64,000 bases of DNA from Mantamonas sphyraenae STR306 (GCA_026936335.1 JAPMXV010000034.1:310001-374000); one strand, 5' to 3'; shown: positions 1 through 11,782, counted from the stretch's first letter. The notes: generated from the sequence alone by a model not told the origin. Numbers and translations are program-made.

Positions 1-1175
1 CGCCAAAGGCACGATACTGGCGAGCAACCCATGCCCAGTGTTCAAAGGCCTTTCGCTCGTCGCCAAGGAGTCCCTTGTAGACGGTCATGTGGTACTTGAA
101 CTGGTCGACGGCGTGGGTCACCTTGCTGTCGGTGAGGTTGAGGGTGCAGCCTGTGATGTGACAGCGACACAGCTTGTAGTTGATAAAGTCTGCCACGGCC
201 TTGATCTCGGAGATCTTGTCAAAGGCGCGTTCGATTTGAAGCAGATGGGTGTATGCGGCGGAGTAGGACTTGATGGCAGTCTTGTAGTCGCGACGGAACT
301 CGGAGAAGTAGGCCGCCTTGAAGTTGGAGCGGACCATGTACTCGAGAGGCGTGGCACTCTTCTTGGACAGCGTGTCGCCCTTGCCCTTCTTGGCCTTTTT
401 CACCTGGTCCTTGTAGTACGCATCGCACAGGTCGTAGATCTTGCTGCGCATCTTGTTCCAGCTGGCAAAGATGTCGCTGGGCTGGAGGTTGAACACCTGG
501 CTCGAGGACACCTGCATCTGCTTGGCAAAGGCCTTGAGGCGTTCGTCGAGCACATCGGCAGAGGCGCTGCTCGTTGCCACGAGCACAATCACAATCTTGG
601 TTGATCGGTTCTGCAGCAGGTCCCTGCGATTGGATGGCCAGTGTTCACAAGCAACACACAAGCAACACGGCGTGTCAGCTCCGGCAAGGGGTGCACGTGC
701 GCAACACCCCGCAAAACGGGGCTCGGGGAGGGAAAATGTGCCCACGGGAGGTGACCGCTCGAGCCAGAAGAAGGGGCTTTGAGCAGCAAGAGACGCGGGA
801 GAGGGGAACAGAGGGGGCAGGGGCAGGGTGGCAAGTCACTTACTTGATGCCGGTGAGGGTGTGGGCCATGCCCTGGACGCCCGAGTTGTCCTCCTGCGGA
901 TTCCACTCCTGGAAGAGGACCATGACACCGGGTACGAGGTTGCGGTGTTTGTACATAAAGTTTGCTTTGAGAATACCACGTGGCTTTGCGTGGTGGGCAC
1001 CCTCCACTCGCTCCTTCTTGCGGGGCGGCATGTTTCCCTCGTTCAGAGTGAGCAGACGGAGAGGCGTGTCCTTGCCGATGCTCTTGTCCGCCTCGGCAAT
1101 GTCCGGATGCAGAGCGTCGCAGCCATAAAGGCCGACGAGCGGGGTGGGCGAGAAGCGCACCTCGTCCGGGTACAT
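1..1175 (-). CDS. TRAPPC11: Trafficking protein particle complex subunit 11, N-terminal part (runs off the left edge); intron 624-843
   Basis: Exon 1 contains PRGILKANFMYKHRNLVPGVMVLF, matching TRAPPC11 [24 protein letters not shown]. The GTAAGT...CGCAG intron splices in frame into exon 2 (VRSNFKAAYFSEFRRDYKTAIKSY, EIKAVADFINYKLCR, FEHWAWVARQYRAFG). Confidence 0.9.
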
Positions 1176-1252
1176 CTGGGTCGAGAGAGGTGTGTGTGGG
1201 TTTTTGGCTGCGCTGGCAAGTGCAGGCCATCGTCAACATCGTCTCTCTAGCC

Positions 1253-1717
1253 ATGGATTGGGTGCAGGGCGCTGTGGATTACATACTAGGCATCTCTGTG
1301 GGCGCGGTCGCATGGGTGGTGGTCGGATTAGGCGTGGGGGCCGCGACGTTGTTGGCGCTGGTGTTTCTGGCTCAGTTTGTGGGCCAGCTGGTGGGCCACA
1401 TGGCACAGCGCAACTCGGGTGCCGAGGGGCCGTCAAGTGTGGTGCGTTACGCGGTGATGGTACTGCCCCTGGTGCTGCAGGTGTTTGCTGCAGCGATGGG
1501 GGGCCTTGTTGGAGCGCTTGTCTCTGGGCAACCGTGGCTCTCCACTGCCATGGGCTATGGCTTGGGAGGATATGCATTTCAGACGACACAGGCGCAAGGG
1601 ATGAATGGCAACGACCTCCCGGTGTCTGGGCGTCTGGAACTGGGTCTGAAGGTGGGGTCGGCGTTGTCGTTTGCGCTGGGTGGTCTGGCCGGCCGTGAGC
1701 TGTACTGGATGGCGTAA
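1253..1717 (+). CDS. Small Gly/Ala-rich multi-pass membrane protein of unknown function (~154 aa)
   Basis: ORF from ATG 1253 with 4-5 hydrophobic segments containing GxxxG-like motifs; it fills the gap between two recognised genes. Confidence 0.6.
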   Translation: MDWVQGAVDYILGISVGAVAWVVVGLGVGAATLLALVFLAQFVGQLVGHMAQRNSGAEGPSSVVRYAVMVLPLVLQVFAAAMGGLVGALVSGQPWLSTAMGYGLGGYAFQTTQAQGMNGNDLPVSGRLELGLKVGSALSFALGGLAGRELYWMA

Positions 1718-1842
1718 GGGGCAGCACAGGGTGGGACGGGAAGAAAAGGTATGCAGTGGAGAGTGGAAGACTTGAGGAGAATGAACACGAGTCAAGAGAG
1801 AGGCTGTGCAGTTGCGGGGGCGAAGCCAATCGCAACCTGACC

Positions 1843-3682
1843 ATGGCCTCGTACGACGCGCTGCCTCAATGGTTGCAGGGAGAAAACAGCGGTAATGCAT
1901 CGGACGGAGGAGGAAATGGAGGTGGAGGGCCGTCGCAAGGGTCATCAGGCATGGATGTGGAAGAGGGAGCAGGGAAGAAAAAGGTGAACCCGCGGCATGC
2001 TCCGCCTGACGCGTCGCGAAAGCGCCCGCGCGCAACTCGGTGGGAACCTGCGTCGAAGAAGCGCCTTGTGCCGGGCATGGTGATTTATATGAAGAGCGAC
2101 ATTGTCGGTGATGCTGCACACGACTATGCAGGTGAGGTTTGGCGTGCAGGGGGCGTGTTCTGAGGAAGGAGAGGGGGCGGCTGACACAATCTCACCCCAC
2201 AACCACACACGCACACACGCACACACACACACACATGCTCACGCGCACATCCACACACAGACCAAGCGCAAGATCAAACATCTGACACAGGAGATCCTGT
2301 CACGCGCGTTGCCCGAGATGGAGGAGTATGGGCGATACAGGTGCGTACATTCCGCGTGTGTGGCGGCGGGGGAAGAGAGGGGCGAGCGCTGCCGAGTTTT
2401 GAGCTGACACATCACACATGGCACTCCTGCACACAGGTCACCATCGCCACCACCTACGTACGACAAGTGGGGCAAGCGGTTGAACACACGAGAAGCTCGA
2501 CACCGAGATGACCTGCTGCTGGAGAGGCACCATCTGGTCAAGGCAATGCAGCAGCGCAACCGGTCGTACATGCCTCCTCCAGACTACAAGCCGATCATCG
2601 AAAAGATTGTGAAGCGCATTCCGATCCCGGTGAAGAAGTATCCAAACTACAATTTCATGGGTTTGATCATTGGGCCGCGCGGCAAAACGCAAAAGTCGAT
2701 GGAGCGCGAGACCGGAGCCAAGATCTCGATCCGAGGCAAGGGGTCGGTAAAGGAAGGCAAAGGACGACTGAACGAGGCGCAGCTGCAGGCTGAGCCGCAT
2801 GTGGTAATCACAGGCGACAACTGGGACCAAGTGGATCTTGCCACGGCGCTGATCGAGAAGCTGCTGGTGCCTGTGGACGAGTCGCAAAACGACCACAAGA
2901 AGCGACAGCTGCGGGAACTGGCAGCTTTGAACGGCACGCTGCGTGAGGACGAGGTGTGTCGATACTGCAAGTCGATCAGCCACCGGGAGTGGGAGTGTCC
3001 CGAGCGTGGAGGCGGGTCGTGGAAACCGGCCAACGTCCAGTGTTCGATCTGCGGTGACTTTAGCCACCCGACAAGCGATTGTCCACAGAAGATTGGGGGA
3101 ATCCGCAAGGAAGGCGTGCAGCAGCAGTACCGAGCTGGCGAACAGGCGGCGAACACCAACACACCTGCAGATGCGGCGTCTCTGGATGCAGACTACCAAA
3201 GCTTCATGCAGGAGCTGAATGGGGAGCTGGGCGGTGGAAGCACGAGCACGAGCACGAGCACAAGCAGCAGCAGCAGCAGCAGTGGCAGCAGCAGTGGCAG
3301 CAGTGGCATGGATGTCCAACATGAGGCAGGGCCGATGGATCAAGCTGGATCGTCGCAGCAGGCGCAGGGAGCGCAATCGTACAACTTTACCGTGCCTCCG
3401 GATGCGCCTTGGTTGCAAGCGAACAACCGCCCGCCGCCACGTGGAGGAGGAGGAGGATGGGGTGGTCCACCTCCCATGGGCATGCACATGAGAGGCATGG
3501 GTGGCATGGGAATGGGAGGCATGGGAGGCATGGGAGGCATGGGTGGCGGCCTCCCGATGCGAGGACCCAACTGGCAGCAACCGCACTGGATGACGCAGCA
3601 ACAACAGCAACAACAACAGCAGCAGCAGCCGCAACATGGAATGAGCATGGAAGACCAGCCACCTCCGCCTCCCTCGGGCTGA
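1843..3682 (+). CDS. SF1: Splicing factor 1 / branchpoint-bridging protein; introns 2132-2260 and 2341-2436
   Basis: ULM-like RKRPRATRW; RSPSPPPTYDKWGKRLNTRE is rebuilt across intron 2; KH-QUA2 (NFMGLIIGPRGKTQKSME...KISIRGKGSVKEG, LRELAALNGTLR); two CCHC zinc knuckles; Pro/Gly/Gln-rich tail. Confidence 0.95.
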
Positions 3683-3756
3683 GCGGGCACAGGGACGTGT
3701 GAGAAGAAGCATTGAAACACAGATCAAATTTTTCAATTTCAAGTTGCTTCCCCTGT

Positions 3757-4658
3757 TCACTTGGAACTCTCCCCCTCCTCGTCTTCCTCTACCAGCGCAT
3801 ACTTGGTTGTGTACTCGCGGGCTTTTTCGAGGGCAGCCTCCTCATCGTCCTTCCACTGGTCGGCGGCGTCGTTGTTGAGCGGGTCGTCGGGGTTCGGGGC
3901 GCTGAGCAGGGCCTGGATAGAGATGAGCACCGTGCGGATCTGAAGGGCAGGCGACCACTTGTCCTTGAGGATATCCAGACAGATGCGGCCCAGACGGTCG
4001 ATGTTGGGATGCCAGATCTTTGTGATGAAGCGCACCTTGGGCGAGACCATAGGGTAGTCCTCGGGCAGGAAGAGCTCGAGCTCAAAGAGTCCACCTGGAG
4101 TGTGGATGGAAACAACGCATGTAGGGTGTGAGAGTCATGGTGCGTGCGATGAAACCAATGTACAAGCACAGAAAACGGTCTGCCTGCGCGGATCGGGATT
4201 CGAGAGGGGAGGATTGCAAAACGCCGTGCCACACGTCACAGGCTTCTTCTTCGGACACGCGGTCCGGTTGGCCGACGCCGTCGATTTTGCTGTCTGTGCG
4301 CTTACCTTCGTACGCCGACTCGGAGGGACCCTCGATGAGAACCTTGAAGTAGCGCAGGTTGTCCTCGTGCGGGGTTGCGCTGATGCCGGCGTCTGTTCGT
4401 TCGTTCGTTCGTGTTTCCGACGCGCCGCACAGCGTGTTGCGTCGTCGTGTCAGCGTCCAAAGTGCAAGGCATGGCTACCGTCGGGTTCTCACACGTGTGT
4501 TCTGTGGTCAATGTACCCTAGCCTGGCCTTGGATGGGCTGGGCTGGGCCGACTCGCTCGCACAGCAGCAAGAGCGCGCGAATTCCAAACACGGCCAAACG
4601 CACCGGGCTTATTCTGCAGATTCTGGATCTCCTTCACAATGCGTTTGCTCACAGACAT
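3757..4658 (-). CDS. UBE2N: Ubiquitin-conjugating enzyme E2 N (Ubc13), three exons
   Basis: Exon 1 [18 protein letters not shown], exon 2 [28 protein letters not shown], exon 3 [51 protein letters not shown]. Confidence 0.95.
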
Positions 4659-4717
4659 GTGTGTGGATGGTGTGTGTGTGTTGTGTTATTCCGCTGTGCG
4701 GGGCTGGATTGGCTGGT

Positions 4718-7107
4718 TCAGGCGGCGAAGAGCGCCGTCTTTTGCTGCCGATGGCCCAGCATCCGTTTGCCCTTGCGCACGTCTGGCTCGCTTTCCCCAA
4801 TCATCAATCCCGTCTCCTCGTCCTGTTTCTTGGCGGGTTTGAACGTGGTGTAGCCCAGCGGGACTGGGGCGCCGCAGAGAACGCACAGACGCTCACCCGA
4901 AGCGGTGCTGGTGCCATGAACGTGTCCCGAGCACGTGTTCCCCTTCCTTCCCTTCTTCTTGGCCTGTTTGGCGTGTTCGTCCAGTTGCAACTTCCACGAG
5001 CCCAGCAGCAGTTCCTTTGTCTCCAGGGCCTTGAGCCGCTGAGCACGCTTCTCCACCTCCATCTCCCTTTGCACCTTTTCGTCCAACTGCTTGGCCCACG
5101 CCATGTCTGCCTCCTTCTCTGCCTGTTCCTTCTGCTTGCGTGCCTCCATCTGTGCCTCCAGCGCCTGTGCGTACTCGGCCCAGCCCTGCTTCTTTGTCGG
5201 CGTCGGCGGTCGGTGAGCAAAGATGTTGTTCACCGTGTCCTCATCGACAAGGTCAGTGTCGGCGTCGTCCTCCTCGTCCTCGTCCTCCTCTTCCTTGTCC
5301 TCTTTGTTCTCTTGGTTGCTGTCCTGGTTCTCTTGGGCCCGTTGTTGGGCCTTGTGGGCCTTCTTGGCGGCGGCCGCCTGCTGGTTGTACTGGGCCACCT
5401 CCATCGCCTTGCGTCGACGTCGGCTGAGCACATCCAACTCGTGATCCAGGATTTCCAGCTGCTGCGTGGGCACCAGCGACTCGGGGGCGTCCACCACGTC
5501 CAGGAACTGACTGTGTTCGCAGATTTCGTTGTTGCGCGACTTGCACAGGTTGCACACATCGTCGTCCGAAACCAGGTCGTCAGTCTGTCGTCGTCGCGAA
5601 CTCAAAGCCACAATCTCCTCCGTTTCCTCTTCATCCTCCTGCTGATCCTGCTGCTGCTGCTCCTCCTGCTGCTGCTGCTGCTGCTGCGATCGTGCACTGG
5701 ACGACAGCAGGCTGCTCACCTGCTTGGTGCTCATCCACGCCTGGCGTCGGCGGCTGCTGCTGGCCGCTCCGCTGCGTTCGGTGCTCAGTGCTCGGCCCTC
5801 GATGTTGATGGGAGGAACGAGGCTGTGGCCGCTGCTGCCCTTGCTGCTGCTGCTGCTGCGGCGGCTGCTTCCAAGCCCTCCACTCTCCTCAGGATCCTGT
5901 CCAATGTCCACGTCCATGTCCAGGATCTCTCGTTGGGCTTCCAGCTCCTCCTCCTGCTGGGAAATGTCCACCACACCAAACTCGTCCATCACGCTTGCGC
6001 TCGAGGCAATGCTTACCGCGTCGTCGCCGTCCGCCAGCACAACCTCCACCTGTTCAGGCTCTCCTGTGGCCTCTTCTGCCTCATTCGTTTGGTTGCTGCT
6101 CGCCTTGGCCTTGGACACATGCAGGTTCAGGGGCTTCTGGAATTTCCGCAGACGTGCAGGGGTGCCATCGAAGCTCAGGCTATCCTTGGGCTCCTTCTGG
6201 AACAGGCGAAGCTGCTTGACGGTGCTCTTGGGCTGCGTCGGAGACAGTGGGGATTGTGTTCCGGCGGATCGATGGAGAGTCAGCGTCTGGGTGGCAAGGG
6301 GGTGGCATGGGAAACCGAACGAACGCTCTGTGGTGTCGCACTTACGTTGCCCACAAACATGGCATCGTCCAGTTGAGCCAGAAAAGAGCTCTTGAAACGC
6401 ATGCTGATGTAGCCTTTGATGAAGCAGAGGTAGCCGACGCGAAAGTCGATTTGCACGTTCTCGTTGGCGTGCACGTGGTCGGCGATGCGGCTGAACAGGT
6501 CCTTGAGCGCATACACGCTGTACTCGCGCTCAGAGCCCGAACCTTGGACCACGTCCTCCACCATGAGATCGGTTGTTTCGATCCCTTTGGCTGTGTATGA
6601 AGAGATGTGTGGCAAAGGTACATGGGCATCAGCAACCGGGGGGCAAAGGGGGGTACCGACGAAATTTTTGAAATGTGGCGCGCAAGAAGCAAACGGTCGG
6701 GAAAAGCCACGGCACTTAAGGGAACGCAGAGCACAACTGACCTGGCTTGGCACAGCGGTTGAAGCGCATCTGGTTGGAGTTGGCAAACTTGGCCGAGGCC
6801 ACAAAGGCTGGGCTGTATGTGGCATGCTTGGCGCCGTAGCGCTTGGAGCGCGTGTAGGTAAACGTGCCAAAGTTGGGGAAGCGCACGCCCTGCGAGAGAG
6901 GAGAGGACGGGTGAGCAAAAAAAATACGGAATGGGAATGGGAAGATGTAAAATGGGCCAGTGTGCACGCTACCTTTCCGGCGAGCAGCTGGGAGTAGACC
7001 TTGTGGCCGATGGCTCGCCAGATGCGTTCGTAAACGGCGCGGTCGGGGCGCGGAAGGCCACCAGGGTGGCGCACACATTCGGTGATGATGTCTTGGATGG
7101 TCAACAT
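4718..7107 (-). CDS. CCDC81: CCDC81-like protein: two N-terminal HU/IHF-fold domains, a CxxC motif and a coiled-coil tail; about three introns between 6290 and 6975
   Basis: IWRAIGHKVYSQLLAGK|GVRFPNFGTFTY...SPAFV and ENVQIDFRVGYLCFIKGYISMRFKSSFL match the CCDC81 HU domains. The intron at ~6288-6345 splices in frame into the 4718-6118 ORF (VCNLCKSRN, coiled coil). Confidence 0.8.
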
Positions 7108-7228
7108 GGCTGATTGGTTCTTTGTGGGGTGACGAGTGCAGTGAGTCGATGTCGAGTCTTGAGAAAGAATAAAATGCAGGGAGTGAGGGTGTCGTCTTGG
7201 CCGCAGCGCCGCAGGGGCCAGCAAGACC

Positions 7229-8614
7229 ATGAGCACACCTGGAGACGCGCCACAGGTGCCTCCAATGTCGCAACTTCTGTCCATGTTGGCCAATAAGAAG
7301 AGTGGGGAGGACAGCAAGGCGACGAGCACAAAGAAAGAGGCAGAGAAGCCGAGTGGGTTCCAGCCAACTGGCTCTTTGCTGGAAAAGGCCCGGGAAGAGG
7401 CCAAGCAACGCCAGAATGCTCTGCGCATCCAAGAGGAGGCGCGTAAGGAACAAGAATCGCAAGTGGACAAGGTGATGGACGTGGAAAGTGCACAAGCAGT
7501 GCGCAGTGCGGCCAAGTCTGCGGATCTGCCGCCACCGCCACCGCCGTTGGCGCCAACGCGCAGTGGCGTGACAGGTCAGGGCACCCAAGACGGGGTGAGG
7601 CAACCCAAGAAGCGCAAACGCAACCCATATCTGGACAGCGGTGCGGGCGAGGGTACAGACTCTGAACAGTCGAGGAACACGAGCAAAACGGAGTCGGACA
7701 AGGCCAAGGGCGGCGACGAGCGACAGCCGTTGCAGGGGGTACGCTTTGCCATCAGTGCCATTGTCAACCCAGAGCGGACGAGGATTCGGGAGATGGCCTG
7801 TGCTCTGGGTGCCAAGTATTCGCCTCAGTGGCGTTCAAACTGCACGCATCTGATCTGTCCGCAGCTGGGCACCCCCAAGTACCAAGAGGCTATGCGAGAC
7901 CGCAAAATGTGTGTTGTACCTGCTTGGGTGCAGGCGTGCAAGGATCAGAAACGCAGGGTGTATGAAGGTGAGTACCACACCGATGCCAGCAAGCGACATT
8001 CGAGGCCACAAACCGCAGGGAAACAGCCAGCCACACAGGCACCCAAACGCCAACGGGTGGCCTCAAGCGATTCAGACAAGACTGCAGAGCTCACAGATGC
8101 AGAGCGCAAAGAGATGGAGCAGCTGGCAGCCACGATGGATGGAGGCGGGAACGGCAAAGGTGCCGATGACGACGAGGACGCCAAGTCGGACGGAACGGAG
8201 GAGATGACAACCACCACAACCACAACCACAACCACAACCACAACCACAACCACAACGTCAACAAGCAGCAGCGACGAGGCTGTGTCGAGTGTGGCTGCGG
8301 TGGCTTCGTCTGGGTCAACGCTGGGAGGGATGGATGAGCCTCTGGATGGGGTGTGCTGTTTCGTGGACCCTTTCATCACCTTGGATGCAAAGCAGAGTGG
8401 AAAAGTGGAGAAGCTGGTGTCGCTGTTTGGTGGGACACTCCTCGGCACGTTTTCGGACGACGTCAAGATTGTGCTGACAAACCGCGGCTGGTCAGATCAG
8501 TTTGATGACCTTGTGGCAAAGGGCATCCGCGTGGTGAGCATCGACTGGCTCCATGCGCTCATGGGAAATGCGCAGACGCCGATGGAGAAATTTGAGGTGA
8601 AAAAGGCAAAATGA
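7229..8614 (+). CDS. XRCC1: XRCC1-like DNA repair scaffold with two BRCT domains
   Basis: LQGVRFAISAIVNPERTRIREMACALGAKYSPQWRSNCTHLIC..GTPKYQ..WVQAC matches XRCC1 BRCT1; a second BRCT ends in VSIDWL. Confidence 0.8.
   Translation: MSTPGDAPQVPPMSQLLSMLANKKSGEDSKATSTKKEAEKPSGFQPTGSLLEKAREEAKQRQNALRIQEEARKEQESQVDKVMDVESAQAVRSAAKSADLPPPPPPLAPTRSGVTGQGTQDGVRQPKKRKRNPYLDSGAGEGTDSEQSRNTSKTESDKAKGGDERQPLQGVRFAISAIVNPERTRIREMACALGAKYSPQWRSNCTHLICPQLGTPKYQEAMRDRKMCVVPAWVQACKDQKRRVYEGEYHTDASKRHSRPQTAGKQPATQAPKRQRVASSDSDKTAELTDAERKEMEQLAATMDGGGNGKGADDDEDAKSDGTEEMTTTTTTTTTTTTTTTTTSTSSSDEAVSSVAAVASSGSTLGGMDEPLDGVCCFVDPFITLDAKQSGKVEKLVSLFGGTLLGTFSDDVKIVLTNRGWSDQFDDLVAKGIRVVSIDWLHALMGNAQTPMEKFEVKKAK
8208..8256 (+). 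repeat. (ACAACC)n coding microsatellite encoding poly-Thr in XRCC1
   Basis: Direct hexamer tandem repeat in the sequence. Confidence 0.9.
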
Positions 8615-8726
8615 ACAACACAGATCATCAAAGCGAAGAGCATTGTGGAAAAGTCGGATTGACCATCGATGGACTATGCGGACTGCCTTGCGGGTGCGCC
8701 ACTGCAGAGCAAAATTTTAGCGGAGG

Positions 8727-9401
8727 ATGAGTTGCGCGGACGAAGCGACCGAGGTCGACCGACACGAGCACGAACATGAACACCATCATGGCCACGACCA
8801 TGACCACGATCACGACCATGACCACGGTGGGGATGCGGGCGAGGAATATTCACTGTACATGGCCATAGACACGACCAAACTGCGTGCACTGAATCTGGAC
8901 CCGCAGTGCAAGGTGGAGAGTGTGTTCAAGGCATACAGCGACCGTCTGGATGGCGGATTCATCGAGAGTGACGAAGAGGTGGACGAGGAAGTCATTGTAC
9001 ACATCCCGTTTGTGAGCGACGTGCAAATCAAATCGCTGGCGCTGCTTTCCGGCGAGGACGGCAAGGCGCCGGCCAACGTCAAGATGTGGATCAACCGTGA
9101 CGACATCGACTTTCAGAACTGCAACAGTGTCAAGACAACCCACAAGATGGAGCTGGCCAACCAGAACGACGATGTGATCGACTATCCGCTTCCTCCGGCC
9201 AAGTTCCGTTCCGTGGGCCACCTCACGCTTTTCTTCAACGAAAACTATGGCGCAGACACGACCAAGGTGTACTACATTGGTCTCAAGGGTGTGGCCACAC
9301 AAGTGCGCCGTAAGCAGGCAGTCATTGCCAACTACGAGTTGAAGCCAAACCTGAGCGACCACAAGAACCGTGCCGACCAAACAAACAGCCATACTCTGTG
9401 A
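8727..9401 (+). CDS. PITHD1: PITH domain-containing protein 1 with His/Asp-rich N-terminus
   Basis: YSLYMAID, ESDEEVDEEVIVHIPF..VQIKSL, KMWINRDDIDF, KFRSVGHLTLFF..NYGADTTKVYYIGLKG, YELKPNLSDHK. Confidence 0.92.
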   Translation: MSCADEATEVDRHEHEHEHHHGHDHDHDHDHDHGGDAGEEYSLYMAIDTTKLRALNLDPQCKVESVFKAYSDRLDGGFIESDEEVDEEVIVHIPFVSDVQIKSLALLSGEDGKAPANVKMWINRDDIDFQNCNSVKTTHKMELANQNDDVIDYPLPPAKFRSVGHLTLFFNENYGADTTKVYYIGLKGVATQVRRKQAVIANYELKPNLSDHKNRADQTNSHTL

Positions 9402-9513
9402 GCTGGCGTGTGTGACAATTGCAGAGTAAAGGCTTCCTTTCTTTTGTTGATTGTCGAGCACGTTGTCTCCTCCCTCCCGTGCGCCGTAGTGGGCAACTGA
9501 AGATCGCGCATCC

Positions 9514-11099
9514 ATGAGAGACAACAACAGCTGCTGCGATGGCGCAGGTGCCATGGGCAATGACAATGCACGTTGTAGCACAACGATTTGTTGTGCGGTC
9601 TGTTGCTTGTGCATCGGACCAACGTTGCTGCTGATTGGGATGATTCTGGCCGGCAACACGTACGACTCTCGCGCGCTCCATCAACATTGCAGAGTACGAC
9701 GCAGCCGTGGCCACATGGAAGTTATCAAACGTGCCGCAGTGGGCGCAGATGACAAACACGACGATTGCGGTTTCGACGGCCGAGGAAAAGCTGTACGTGA
9801 TTTGTGCTTTGTGGAGTTTGGGTTCCCCGGCTCCTTCGGGCGTGCTGCGAGTCTGTGCGCGCGTTCAGCTGACACACAATCCATCACGGGCAGCAATGAC
9901 ACGCGAGGAGGCTTCGTGAAGAACACACGCTTCCACAAACTCGACTCACAGAGCCGACGCGGCCTGCTGCAACCGGTGTCTGCGTGGGACGACAAGCAAC
10001 ACAGACAGTGAGCATCATCGTGAACGGGTCGTCCATCGAGTGGACGATTCCCGTGATGAAGACGGTGACGGTGTCGGTGACGAGCTCCTGCTCCAGTTCC
10101 GACAGCAGGAAGGGATCGTGTAGCGATTCGGAGTCGAGGGCAAAAGACTGCCAGCAGAAGGGTGGCAAAATGGTGAAGAGCACATGCACCGTATACTTGG
10201 TGCCCGGTCAGCTGTGCGTCAAGGTCAAGCAAAACGAGACAGGGTGGACCCACTCGGACAAGTTTGGCGGCCCAGGCTGCTTCGCCTACGGACGGTGGTG
10301 GGACCCGTACTTCAAGTCGTACACCAACGACATTTCGTCTGAGACCCCACCTGTCCAGTTCTGGGATGTCATCTCGTCGCAGTTGACCGTCAGCGACGAC
10401 GGCAAGGTGTCAGGCTCCATCCCCATCCACGACATCGGGGTGACTGTTCGGCACGAACGGGATCCGATGGTGCTGGCTAGCAACCTCACGCGCAATTCGT
10501 TCGATTTCGGCCCGACACTGGCGGAGTTGCACAGCGCCGGGGTCACCTTGATTGTGATCGGGTCGATCATGCTCCTCCGGGCGTCATTCTCTGCTGGCTA
10601 TACCGTAAGCGCAGGAGCGAGTCGGGAGTGTACTCTGGCCAAGGGACAACTGTGTCCATGCAAGGGACTCAGCCTCAGCAGGTTGGGCGGCCCGTGTCAT
10701 CCCAGCCTCAGCAGCCGCAACCTCAGTCGCAGCCGCAGTCGCAGTCGCAGCGGCAGCCGTATTCAGCGAACCTGGCCAGCCACGGCGTTGCCGTATGGGA
10801 TGGGCACCGTACAAGGAATGGTGCAGGGACAACCGCAGGCGTATGGGCAGCCGCAGGCGTACGGACAGCCGCAGATGGTTCAGGGGCAGCCGCAGGCGTA
10901 TGGACAGCCGCAGATGGTTCAGGCGCAGCCGCAAGCGTACGGACAGCCGCAGATGGTTCAGGGGCAGCCGCAGGTGTATGGGCAGCCGCAGATGACGTAT
11001 GGACAGCCGATGGGACAGCCTCCGATGTACGGACAGCCTCAGACCTCGGGGCAGTCGCAACCGCAGCAGAAGGAGCAACAGGCACCGTCGTACTATTGA
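9514..11099 (+). CDS. Putative two-TM surface protein (Cys-rich N-terminus, ectodomain, Q/P/Y/G repeat tail) with about four apparent frameshifts
   Basis: TM1 [21 protein letters not shown]; Cys-containing ectodomain; TM2 [26 protein letters not shown]. Protein-like sequence changes frame near 9675, 10000, 10578 and 10790; probable intron ~9793-9867. Confidence 0.6.
10822..11040 (+). repeat. Coding tandem repeat of ~39 nt encoding [13 protein letters not shown]-type units
   Basis: Repeated ggacagccgcagatggttcaggggcagccgcaggcgtat units are visible in the sequence. Confidence 0.9.
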
Positions 11100-11255
11100 C
11101 CATAAAAAGTCATCACCCAGTCATCAACCTTACATTGTATTTCATGACCTTCAGCCCTCTGTGTCGCACCGGAACCTGAGGAAGCCACACCACCACGGAA
11201 AGCAGAAGAGGAAGCTCCACCCAACCCAGCAACGTACTAGTAGCACGCGCAGTGG

Positions 11256-11782
11256 TCACCGTTGGCCCCCACCACCAAGATTCTTGGTGAACCACGCCTC
11301 CATCTGTGCGTCGACGCCCGTCCAGATGGCTACTACGGCGAGCACGGCGAACAAGACCAGGGAAAGGGCAAAGGAGATGGCGTTCTGCTTGCGCAGTTCG
11401 CTCAGGTCAGTTTCCAACTTCTTGATGCTCTCCTCCAGGTCGTCTCGTGCCTCCTTGAGGGTCTTCCTGTGGTTTGTGTGGGCACACCGCGCAGGCGCTC
11501 GGTTCCACGTCAGCACACGTCCGCACGCACCGTCACACGGGACGCACTCTCAACGCACCAGGTCTGCGACTCGGAATTCAACACAAGCAGCCTCTGATCC
11601 ATCTGTTGCAGGTTGCCCCGCAGCTTGGTCAACTCGCCCTCAAACTGCTCGATCGAGGCAGCAATGTCGACCTTGCCCTCGTTGAACAGCTTCTGTACGG
11701 CATCGTGGTCGACGCTGTCACTCTCCCTGCCCTGCTGATTGTCTGTAGAGGCACCTGTTGTGCGTTTGCGGGTCTGGGACAT
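11256..11782 (-). CDS. CCDC167: CCDC167-like small coiled-coil protein with a C-terminal TM; one intron ~11467-11558
   Basis: IAASIEQFEGELTKLRGNLQQMDQRL...LETDLSELRKQNAISFALSLVLFAVLAVVAIW parallels CCDC167 (VALEIDGLEEKL...[22 protein letters not shown]). Confidence 0.7.

Noticed and set aside
4100-6376. Long antisense ORFs (e.g. 4100-6376 +, 35284-37353 +, 37387-39396 +, 42125-43678 +)
   Set aside because: Shadow ORFs opposite GC3-rich real genes, with no protein-like motifs.
10822-11040. Regularly spaced repeats resembling a CRISPR array
   Set aside because: These are in-frame coding tandem repeats without unique spacers; the context is eukaryotic and there are no cas genes.
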